Assembly: GCA_001949185.1 (NCBI GenBank)
Contig: BDGG01000005.1
Location: 2,283,249-2,347,248, forward strand
Reading direction: 5' to 3'
Source: Ramazzottius varieornatus
Lineage: Eukaryota; Animalia; Tardigrada
DNA length: 64,000 nucleotides
The position numbers and the translations under genes were made by a program. Shown here piece after piece: positions 36,326 through 47,500 of this stretch (position 1 is the stretch's first letter; each line of letters opens with the position of its first letter). A model generated the notes under the pieces. The model searched no databases. It was given only the letters and a program-made list of their open reading frames with translations, and was not told the DNA's origin.

Positions 36326-37763
36326 CGTCCACTAATACTGATTGTGCGCGAAACTGCTGCGTCACTACGAAGAGAATAGTCACAAGTGGACACAAGACAT
36401 GTCACAAGACAAACTATAATTGAGGGAAGGAATAAGCGGAGACGAGGATGCCTTCAGTCCATATGGTGAGATTTGAGGGAAGAAGGACGTGAAGAAAACG
36501 GTGCTTTCCCAAGACGTCAACAGAATGCAGGAAAGAGTCTGGGAAATGAAGGACTGAAAGGAGAGCCTCCGATTGACGTCGACGCGAGTAACCTGAATGA
36601 GCGAGAGGATGAAAAGGAAAGCTGGTGGAATCGATTGGCCAAGGGAAATGTTCCTGTGGTATGAGCAAGGTACAACACGGCTCCCTTCCCTCGTCCTCTC
36701 AGCTGTGCGGCTTTTGTTGATAAGCTGGCTTCTTTTTCCCTTTTCGAGGTCTCTTACTCTGTTCCTGTAATTCGCGAAGCCCCGAAGGCACGTTAGTACG
36801 CTGGAGATTATCATACAGCAGCGCGTGACTGAGTTCCTCGCAGCTCTGACGCACGAGCCGATTTGATTGCTGAGTGGGAGTTGAGACCTGATCGATAAGC
36901 ATTTCCATAAGGCCTCGCTTTGCGCCTGACCGTGGGAACAATAAAACACTGCGTAAACCCCAAGCCGAAATCCAACCTCAGATACATGCTTTCCCATCTA
37001 ACCATCGCATGTTCATGCAGTGGGTCACGAACGCGTTATGGCACGGGTTCGACGAGCGGTCGTGTTTATATCACACTGTGAATCCATGTCAGAGTATGTT
37101 CTTCATATTCGATTTGAGATTGTCATCGATGTATGGTCCGTTTTTCGTGGAGGTTCAGTTACGCAGGCTCCACAGGAACTTGGCAGGAAACCGTCTGCTG
37201 CGTATCCGGCAAAGGCCATCGGGTCGTTAAGAATACGTCCCGACGAGATCCCCAGTGAGCTCTTGAGCACTGTACCCTACCGCTTAAACGTTGCTTTGTG
37301 TGCGCGCCGATCAACAAGGTGCTTCAGGGAACTAGGGAAGCACGTACTGTGGCAGGATCCAGGATGGAAATCATCACCGCTTGTAAGCAGGTCGCAGCGA
37401 TCAATGAGATCGGTTTCAACCTTTGAAGATGCCTCGAGTTAGTTTCCGGTTCTGTTAGCCGCGGTTGATAGTGGGGTCAAGTCGAATAAGCTTTACGCAA
37501 GGCTCCCGAGACGCGACAAACAGGATGCGATTGCAGTCTGTTTGTCCCCGCGGGAGAGGCACGCGATGGTTTTCCAGTTTACTCGACTTTGCGGGTTCGC
37601 TTGGCAGCAGTCAGGTACGACCACCGTGGGTTGACCCGCGATCAGGCTCCGTTTCGGGGAAACTGAATCTTAACAACCTGTCTCTCTCCACCTTTGCCTC
37701 GCTCAAAGTTTTCCCAACAGGGTATTTGGGAGGCGGGTAAGAGGAACGCACAACATTGTTATT

Positions 37764-37813
37764 CTAAGTGACGCACGCTTCCAGCCGGTAATAATGAAAA
37801 GCTGCGCCACCCA
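37764..37813. repeat. Palindromic element core only (intergenic)
   Basis: AAGTGACGCACGCTTCCAGCC..GCTGCGCCACC. Confidence 0.6.
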
Positions 37814-38445
37814 AAACAGCCACCATGTTGTAAGTTTTGTCTACGTCCCTCCCAATTTTGTTCTTGCTCTGTTCAGACTCGGAGGAGTTCCTTCCGACTC
37901 GTGTCTTTTCATGGATAGACTGTCGACTCCTTTACCAGAGGCATTGAGATTGCCAGATATGGTGAAACTCGAACAGTTGGTGTAGGGGAAAAGTGTCGTA
38001 CTTCCCCCTTGAGGTTATGAAGGGAAAGAACAATTGTACCTGGATCAAGTAGGGCAATATTAAGCTTTTGTCTATCCAGAGTGACATTGCATCAGATTAC
38101 CGGGTGTTAGTTCAGAGGTCCTAAACCATGAAAACAACAGTGATACTCGTTCTCGCCTTCGGGCGTTTAGTGACTTGAAAGTTTCCCACAGGTCTTCGAA
38201 AGCGGGCGGGGAAATGGGTACTTCCCCGTACCATTGTTGTTCCTTGATTAAGCCTATGCAAATTCACGTATGCGCGCCACTTTTTCTCTTTCCGGAAATC
38301 CAAAGAAAACAAAGTCTGCTTCAGCTTCAATGTCAAGAGCCACGGTTAAAGGAGCAGTAGACTCTCGGAAGTAGGTTTTGATGCTGGGAAAAACAATTAG
38401 TTTGTCCACTTTGGTAACCGGAAGTACTCAAGTTTGAAACTTTGA

Positions 38446-40539
38446 ATGGATATCTCGTGCAGGGCAGGAAACCATCTGTGGCATATAGATCCAGGTTTCA
38501 GCCAAATTTCTGAGGTACCATGTGTTTCGCCCGGAAGTGCAGAACCGGATGAATTGGACACTGGTTTGTGGAGTTCTTTGCCGGTGAAGCTCCTACTGAC
38601 TTTCGTGCGCTTCTTCGGAGTGAAATGTGCAACGCATCCGTTTGTTCGGTTGAAGCATCGACGATGCTTCGCCTGGATCTCGAAGTCCTGGCAGCTATAC
38701 CTACTCCTCATAAGCATCCTTGTCATTATCGGTAGGAAATACTGTAATTTAGGAATATTAATTGTTTCGAAAGTAACGTGACGTGTCAGTTTATGCGTTG
38801 TTGTTTCGCGCAGTTGACTCCTTCAAGTCTTACGAAAGCTACCTGAACCGCATCAAGTCCTTCGAGTTCACCGCGTTGTCCATATCCATCTACCGCTTAT
38901 TCTTCGTGACTAAGAACTTATTCTTCGTGATCAAGCTGTTCCTTCTAAGAAAGACCGCGAAACGGCTTTTCAAAGCTGTTCATGACATCTGCTGGCCGCG
39001 AGGCGAGAACATGGAAACCACCGAGATCGCGCAACGCAAAGTGCGCAATTTTGCTGCATTCCTGGTTGGAACGGGGTGCGTCGTCTTGATTGTCATCCTC
39101 CTGGCTTTCTTCGAATCCTTCCGCGAAATCATCACTAAGAAGGTGGGAAAAATACACAATAACTAACGGGACCTAGGCAAACCATATCGATCGTTTTTTT
39201 CGAACGGCGCACGATCTTATCCAGTATCACCGGACATGTCGCCACTTGGGAACGAGGCAAGGTCGTTTATCCAAGTGGCGCGCGCGCGTTTAGCTGACTT
39301 TACCGAAAATATCCGCCACTTGAGACAAAGTTTTTTGGCGAGCTTGTTTGCCGAGCTCCCAAATGAGCACAGTTTTCAGACTATTTCTGATCGTCAACCA
39401 TCCTGTTTTTGTAGTTGACTGTTGGAAAGTTCGATTGCGGCTGGTGGTGTCCCATCCGTTTTCCGGTCCTCGGCGAATTCCCGTTATGGCTGACCTTTCT
39501 CTTCTACTCGTGTAGCTTCACCGTGGCGGTCGGTGTTGACATCTCCCCACAGCTTTTCACGATGCTTCTTATTTACCCCATTGGGCTCCGTTTCAAGCTT
39601 TTCACGCGTCACTTGAAGGAAACTAATGGTGTGGCGGACACGCCACCAAGAACTGCGAGACCTTCGAGATCAGGATCTCGGTTGGGTGTGCCGTGGTCGG
39701 ATCGCTCTCGAGTTCTTCGAGCTCAGACAGTGTTCCACCTTGAAATGTCCCAGTTGGTTCTTGAGATGGATGAGGCGTTCTCCACTCTGTTCATGCTCGT
39801 TTATATCACCGATTTCCTCGGGTTTATCGCAACTGCCTCCATGTTCATCCATAACAGAAACGGCTCAGCTCACCTGAACTTCGATACGGAGATCCTGCCG
39901 ATCTTCCTCGCTCTGGTCGCCATTTCTGTAATCTTTTCCCTCTTGAGAACAGGCTTTGGAGTGTGGCTGAGCGAGCAGGTACTGAAAACTCACATGGGAG
40001 CTCGGCCAACGAACATGACGAAATCGTTTTTGCAAGTGGCGCACACTTCTGCTGTAACTGGCTGAATTGTGCGCCACTTGGAAAAACAGTGTTGTCGAGC
40101 CTGTTTGCTTAGGTCGCATATCAAGGAATATCCTTGCATAAAAAATGCTGGTTGACAGATCCGATTTTCTGCAGGCTCATTCGGTACTTCCTCATCTGTT
40201 CGAGCTGAACCTTCGCGTTAGCTCTGACGAGGATACCTTTCTGTGCACTTCTTTCATCTCGCGCTTACAAGGTTCCCGAGTCGCCCTGACAGCCGGTGGG
40301 TTCCTATACATCACGAGAGAATTTGTTATCACGGTAATGCATCACCCCATCTTGCTAAAAATATTTGTCTAGCCGCAGTTTTAAGTGATGCTGAAACTAC
40401 ATTCTCTAAATTTCAGATTTTGGGCGTACTGCTTACGTACTTTCTCTTCCTCTATCAGATGCAAGACCAGAAAATGGATATTAGTAGATGGACGAAACCT
40501 GAAGTGGACCTTTACAAACCCGCTTTTTCTAAACCATAA
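38446..40539 (+). CDS. Gustatory-receptor-like (7tm_7) chemoreceptor, 5 exons
   Basis: Several hydrophobic segments and C-terminal signature LTAGGFLYITREFVIT|ILGVLLTYFLFLYQM (TYxxxxxQ) with the typical phase-0 introns near the C-terminus. Confidence 0.85.
39168..39360. repeat. Palindromic element, double-core (GR intron)
   Basis: Two core pairs; right arm CGAGCTTGTTTGCCGAGCTCCC. Confidence 0.85.
39996..40116. repeat. Palindromic element copy (GR intron)
   Basis: GGGAGCTCGGC..AAGTGGCGCAC-N24-GTGCGCCACTT..TGTCGAGCCTGTTTGC. Confidence 0.9.
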
Positions 40540-41003
40540 GAATCTTTTTCACGTCATGTTCCGCTCGTTGCGCAGTTTTCGTATCTCTGCATCAAAAGAA
40601 ACAACAAACCAAATGTACTGTAATTGGACAGACAACTAGACACGTGCCTCAAACTCCTTTAAAAGACAATCGAAACGAGACACCAGTGCCAAGTTATAAG
40701 GAAGATCAACCACTATAAAACCTGTTAGACAGCAGAATGTAAAGGAATTAAAGCTGGAATATCAGCATACAAAATTAGTGGATAACACTGTAGCTTTCAT
40801 AATTAGCTGCAGCTAAAAAACAAAAAGAAAACAAAATCGCTCTGATGATATTTGCAACCATCACAGACAAAGCTAATCAAAGAACGATGAACAACAATCT
40901 AACATGTACACGTGTACTAAAGACAGAAACTCAAGTCGTAGGTTTCTGTGATCTTGGCAGAGGCCGCAGGAAGCATCTCAGCTGGGCGCCTTCTACTTGA
41001 CAC

Positions 41004-42190
41004 TCACAGAGGCACCTTCACCAAGCTCCGAGATGTGGGTTTCAAGTGCCAGCATTCGGCATTGACACAAACCCCAGCGTCCATGAGGTTGGGCAATGCA
41101 CAACTCGGACAGCACCATCCTTCTACAACGAGCGTGGGCGATGCTTCTCCCACTTCCGATAGGACTATAGCGTCTAGAAGCAATTCAACATCAACATCCC
41201 AGTCTACGCGCGGTGAAAAACTTGCTGGTACAATTGAGCTCTCGGCGGACGAACTTGATTCCAGATCGCTTTTCCCACTTTCGCACGCATTCAGCCGCGA
41301 AGACCGAAAACGTGCGCCACTCGGGAAAATAGTCTTGTCAAGTCTGTTTACCGAGCAGCCAAGCTTCCGATTTGATATTTTAGTTCCAATTGTGCATAGG
41401 TTTTACATTATCTGGGATACCTCGAGGGGCTCTCTTCCTATTGACAGGCTTAGGTTTGCCCACGGTCATACGCCGTTTCGGCTCTTTCTGCTGCTTTCTG
41501 GACTGCAGTGATTCGAAAGTTGGGATTTCCATCGACTTTATGATGTCGCTCCAGGCCTGAACTTCGCAGTCTTCTGCCATCCTTGCCGGCTCATTCTCAA
41601 CCACGTCGGAGCTCCACGATACACGCCTGAAACATCTCAGTTATCGGTATTTATGTATCAGCTTAAACAACGTGAACAAAATTAAAGTTACTGGGAGCGT
41701 TCTATGAAGAAACGAAGGTTCACCTGGAAAGATTGGTAGCATCGCCAGAAACTTTGAACTTCCCTTTCCTGATGTTCTTCTTCTTGCTACAAAACCCAAA
41801 GCTTGACATGGAAATTATCCAAATCCGAAGTCAGTAGGGGATGTAAAGAACAGCACGCACCCCTTGAGAACTACGATCGGAACTTCGCGCTTCAGTATTC
41901 CTCTAGGGGAATCCATGGTTCCTTCGTCCAAGAAAACCTTATGTGTTTTCTTCGAAGAAGGAGCTTGCACTTTGCGGACGGGAATGTCTTCAATTCTGCG
42001 AAGAATGAGTTCAACTGTTTAGCGTTAATTTTACGAAAATCGGCAACTCAGCATCCAGCCAGACGTCGCGCGTACGTTACCTCAGCGCGTAGTGGATCTG
42101 CAAGACTTCTTTCTGTGTAAGATACTCTTTTGATGGCTTCACTAGACTTTCCATCTCAGCTATCGCAGCTAGAGCAGCGACTGCGTCCAT
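41004..42190 (-). CDS. Uncharacterised small basic protein with RRVSW motif and C-terminal RanBP2-like zinc finger, 5 exons
   Basis: In-frame GT-AG splicing of exons ~42190-42081, 41995-41861, 41787-41724, 41626-41421, 41203-41004; the last exon encodes GWCCPSCALPNLMDAGVCVNAEC. Confidence 0.65.
41237..41360. repeat. Palindromic element copy (intron of zinc-finger gene)
   Basis: CTCGGCGGACGAACTTGA..AGATCG..CGTGCGCCACTC..TCAAGTCTGTTTACCGAG. Confidence 0.75.
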
Positions 42191-42897
42191 TTCTCCAACG
42201 CACAAATAGGAGAGGATATTATGCAGCTTGGTGCCAGAAACGAAGGCAAAGACGATCGCGAGGACCACACGACATCTGACTCTTCCAGTCAAGTCTGATC
42301 CGCGCAGTCCGCGAGTTGTTCGGTCGGTCGAAGGTCTTCGAGGATTAGGGCATCTGCAATGAGAAAACTTTCCACAACGAGACGTAGATGCTTCTGAATT
42401 TCGATGGGTAGGTCCCCAAAGAGTGACAAAGAAGGTGAATTTTGAGAAGTTTACGGCACTTTTGAGTCAAAAGTTTTGACAGTCACTTCATAGGAGAATA
42501 AATTTTGGAGGGATTCACCGGGTTAGCGGAGGAGCTGAGGGCTGCTCTTAAATCCCTTCAACTGATATGACATTACAGGCAGCAGAATACAGTGCTGTAC
42601 TGCGCATAACAGCGAAACTCCTAAAACATTTTCTTCTGTGGTGCAGAAAGGTTCCGCGCTTCGTTGACTGAGGAAAACTCAAAACAAGATGTCAATCTAG
42701 GCAGTATAAAAAGCGGAATGGTAAACTTACGCCTATCAGGCAGCGAGAAAGAATGAAGACAGTGTCAAACACAAGAGCGGAATAATGAACTGACGTTGCT
42801 GCTGGAAATATCGTATAACCTGGCGATTCCTTACAGGAACATTAAACAAAGACTTTGACCCGGACAGAAAGAAAGATGAATACCTCGGAAGAATACT

Positions 42898-43446
42898 TTA
42901 GAACTCGATCAAAGGTGGTACATGCTCCACAGAGGAGGAATTCTGCGCAGGTTTCGCGCTCGAAGAAGAATTCATTGCATAATCGTGTGGAGGTAACACT
43001 GAAGCCGATGTTGCTGACATGGAGGAGGTCTTTTGCGTCGCATTCTTGTCGACGTAATTCTTCCTTTCATATTTATCTCGGATGAACTTTTCCAGCGCGT
43101 GGTCTGACGATTCGGGCCGAGAAAAGCGATAGTTTTCCGGAGCTAATGCTTCATACTTGGCTGCAGCTGCTGCGTTGCCCATCTTCTGCATAGACAAGAT
43201 CTGTTCTTCTGTCCATGAGTCCAGACCAACTGACTTGACTTTGGAGATGTGTGTCCCGAGATTCCGATGAATACCTGCGCAACGTATGCAGAGGAATACA
43301 CCGAGATTCCACGAGGCCCAACGGGGATTACGAGCCCAGCAGTCTGCGCACTTCTTGTTGGCTTCATCTTGCAACATCTGATCCAGGATAATCTGATACT
43401 GGAGATTCTGATCATTCTTCTTCGCCGTTGCTCCGTTTCTCGCCAT
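42898..43446 (-). CDS. SMAP: SMAP1/2-type ArfGAP, short 182 aa form
   Basis: [61 protein letters not shown] ArfGAP zinc finger with catalytic Arg. Confidence 0.9.
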   Translation of the reverse strand: MARNGATAKKNDQNLQYQIILDQMLQDEANKKCADCWARNPRWASWNLGVFLCIRCAGIHRNLGTHISKVKSVGLDSWTEEQILSMQKMGNAAAAAKYEALAPENYRFSRPESSDHALEKFIRDKYERKNYVDKNATQKTSSMSATSASVLPPHDYAMNSSSSAKPAQNSSSVEHVPPLIEF

Positions 43447-44586
43447 CTTGCGCTGTTAGGCCTGCCGTTGGATCTGTAAACAGAAGAACCTAGAATGATT
43501 AACACGGGAAGAGAGCTGCTGTCACGTTTAAAGATCTGAAGAGTTGAGACTGACGCCATGCGTAAACTTTGTCACGTCACAGAAAATTTCGAATGACGTC
43601 TGGGTAGGAATTGCATGAATTACTTAACTCCGGCCGTACTGCGCAGCTGTTGAATAGGACTAAAGCTCACATCATCGGCGCAACATAATTTCTTGGCCCA
43701 TCTTTGTTGGTTGTTCGCTTCGGATTCAAAAGTTAAGGGTATCCGCCTGGGGCTCAGGCGTACTGTATCATCAGAGTTTTCGGGTGCGCGGTAAAAAAGA
43801 CTAAACAATGGCAAAAACAATTCTCTCTTCTAGAATTCCTCCTTTCAGCCTTCAGATCTTCCGGACGTTCCATCTTGGCTCCGTTGGTATCCAGATCTCG
43901 AGGCCTCTGGTACATCACGTTGAAAGATTTGGAAATGTTGGACGTGGCTCAGCTGCGATAACTGCGCGGCCGACGGCTTTACCCATTTGTCTCGGATTTT
44001 CGCTTCGCAATTCACCTCGATCGACCGACGCATGTCTGTTTTCTTACTTTGAAGGTGCTTCAATAATCTCTCATCCACTCCGTGACTGTTTTGTCCTTGA
44101 GACGATGTTAATCCAATTTTGTGCTTTTAGCTCACTATGGTCCATGATGGAGCACACCGAGCTGAGCAGAATCGCGTATGATCCGAGTCGTTCTCTTGGC
44201 GAAAAAATTCGCGGTTTTGGCGATGAACAATTACGACGAGAACCTGTCCGAGCGACGTTAGGGATAGCTAGAAACCTGGGCCAGAAACTACGTTTAGCTA
44301 ATCCTGCATTGGCCAATAAACCACAAGTTCCGGATATTAACAAGGTAGGAGAAAGATTATCTTTATCGTTATCAGTTCAAATCAGCGGAAGACGTCATAA
44401 TGTTGTACCAGTGCAAACGATATCCAGCATCTACAGTATAATATTATGACTTCGTGCGCCGCTTCGTAGGATACGTAGGCGTCGCGAACAAGCGCCGAAG
44501 AGGAGACTTGTGATTAGAATCATGAGATCTTGGTGTGTTGGTGTTGGAACGATATGAAAGCCATTTTGTTAATTTATCTCCTGCAG

Positions 44587-47500
44587 CTCGAAGAATCGGA
44601 GCTTGATCTTGCTTCCTTGCTAAAGCATTTGGGAACCACCATCAAAGGGAAATACATCAAGGGCCCTTACTGCGTCCGTAAGCGCAGTTAATTGCTTCCT
44701 GATTTAAATCTCGTTAGATATTGATGATGAATCCTTCTTTCAGTGGCTCTAAAGCATATACTCAAACGTCTGAACGAGGATCGGAATAACGAAAGATTGA
44801 CTGTTCGCTTGCATCTGGTGAAGTCGGGCGTGATCCAGACCAGCCTTATTCCGCTCCTGCTAGAATGTCCAGAAGACTCCGAGCTGTGGGGTCTCTCACT
44901 GATGTAAGTTCCAATAACCCATTCACGAGTTTCTGGTATCAGGTGCGGAAGTATAACTTGTTACTCCTTAAAACACCTCAACCTCAAAAATTCATAGTTA
45001 CACTCCCCCGTGTCCTTTTGTCCTGCGCCTTTTTTCCAGTCACTCTGTCAACTCCTAGCTATCGTTTGGCGTTCCATTAACCCAAGTTTTTCAGCTTCGG
45101 GGTAGGGCAGGATTGGTTTTTTCGGAATCATGGATAGCCAAAATTTTAAACGAAGGACCTATTTGAATTTTCTCAAGGCTTCAACGCATCCCACACAAGC
45201 GCGAAGATATTCTTTGTTTCTCGTGATGGAGAAGCTACTAGTTGAACTGTTGGAGGTTGGGCAATTCTTCTCAGCTCTGAAGATTTCTTGGTCGGAAGCC
45301 ACCCTCACGGAAGACCGAAACTGCAGTTGGGCAACGACGTGCTCGACGAGTCTGTTGAATCCGATTCTCCTCGAACTCTGGTAAAATCCTTACGAGACTT
45401 TGAAGTGCTTAACCAAATCTTTGCTGGACATCCGGACAAAACGGGAAGACAAAAAAGTTATGGAATCGGTTTCCCCGTTTATCTCGCGCACCTCACGATA
45501 AACACACAATTTATCTTTCCGTAACCTCAAGTTACTGAATGAGAGCGGACCCAGATCATATTATTACCAGTGACAAAGAATTGACTCTGTAAAACGTTCT
45601 GAAGCAAAAATTGGAATGTCTCGAAACACCTAAGTGCCGCAGAAAATATCGAATCGTGAGCGGCACCAAAGGCAGACTACGGTTACTGTCTGGTTGCTAT
45701 CTTAGTCTAGATCGCTGTAAAATCATTCTGCCCAGCATAGCGATAGCTGTGGACTAGACCTCTCTGGAACGGATAAGAATGATAAAAAACTTGCCGTTCA
45801 CTGAACGAAATTATTCAGTTAACTCAAAAAGTCAGCTCCAGAGTGCACACTGGACAAAACGCTTCCGCAAAACTGCAGAAGGTGGAACTTGAAACTCTCC
45901 TTCACACACACCAGGAAGTCGGGATCCGATACTAACGGACTATCATCATATCGAAAATTACAGCACCTCCAGTGAGAAAGAAGAATTTTCTCCAGAGAGG
46001 CTGCAAAAAATGGCTGCGGAGAGTTTATCTTTTATCTTCCCCCATACTGCTACAGTAAAGACACCAACACGATGCCGAAAAGAAGGCTGAAGTACCTTAC
46101 TACTATGGGTGGACAACCTGATCAAGAATTCCAAAGTTCGGAGTCAGGAGAAACTTTTGAAAATTTTCGTCGGAGGAGTAACAAGTCATACTTCCGCACC
46201 TGATATTTTGGTATCGATTCATGTTTCTTGACAGGCTGCTGTACGAACTGATGATCTCACCAGCAATCGTCACCAGCAGGATGCACCGCGATCGGGTGGA
46301 AGACAGCCAGCACCTGAAGGCAGCTCTTCGCGATTACGATGATAAACGCCAAGTTGCGAAAAAGGTCTGTGAATCGTTTAGTTAGTACCCACAGTGAGAA
46401 GTAACGATTTATTTGACGTTTGTGGTCGATTGCGGTCAATAGTGTTTTGCGGAGGAAAGCGGACGAACTTTCTTCGTACTTCTCTGCGCCCACCTGAAGA
46501 AGGTGTTCGCGTTAGAAGAAATGCACAAGGACCAGATTAGGTTTGTGGGAAACACCCTGCGTCTCCTGCGGAATGTCTTCGACATGAGGGGGGAGCTCAG
46601 TCGCAGTCTTGACGAGCAATCGCCTAGAGTACTCCACGACAACGTTTTTGAGTAAGTCCTTAGGTTTTGCACGGTGTCGCCTCGTCCTTTACAGAGTGAG
46701 TGAAAATTATGTCATCAAACTTGTACTAGTCGACAGATTTTCCTGATTTAATGCTCGTTATACTTCCTATGAGTATTTTTTTCGTCGGGGAGATTACAGA
46801 AAATACATGCAGCAACTCGAAACATGTTTCAACATCTTTCTACGCTTCTGCCGTACAACGGTTAACCGCTTCGCTTGCTATGTGAGACGACCTATTGTAA
46901 TTGTCTACAGGGCCGTCCATAAAGCTGGATTGACCGCTGTCCTTCTTTGGCTGTCGTCGGCCGACGGTCAGGATGACTTCGTATTGGACGTGCTGGAAGT
47001 TCTCCACGCCTTATTGCGCGACTTCGACCCCGAAGCTTTAGGTCGCCTCGAAAGCAGCGCACTTGACCTTCCGTCTTCTCATGCTCCGCTTCAAGCCATC
47101 CGTGAACAAGATGAAGCAGTCCGCAAAGCCAACGCGATGAAAACAACTTCTCGGTCTGTATCTCTGCTCGTAGTTGTTCCCGTGCCGTCTCTCGGTCGAA
47201 TATTCTCGTAGTTCCATCTTATTTTAGGCACTCGACGTTTGGCGGAAGTTACACTATGAAAGGCACGAAAGCAGCCGATCCGGGAAAGGACATGGTCGTC
47301 GTGAAGCCAATCTCGGCACTTCTGACGAACCAGTTCGAAGTGACCGCTGGCAAGAAAGCGCAGAATAAGGGTGGAAAGAAGAAGCCAGTCACAGCTGTGG
47401 CGGAACGAGTCTCGGCTCCAACGGCAGTCAGCGAAGCTTTACGAATGTTCTGCGTTCGCTTCCTCCAGACATCCTACAACGCCTTTATGCACAATGCCAA

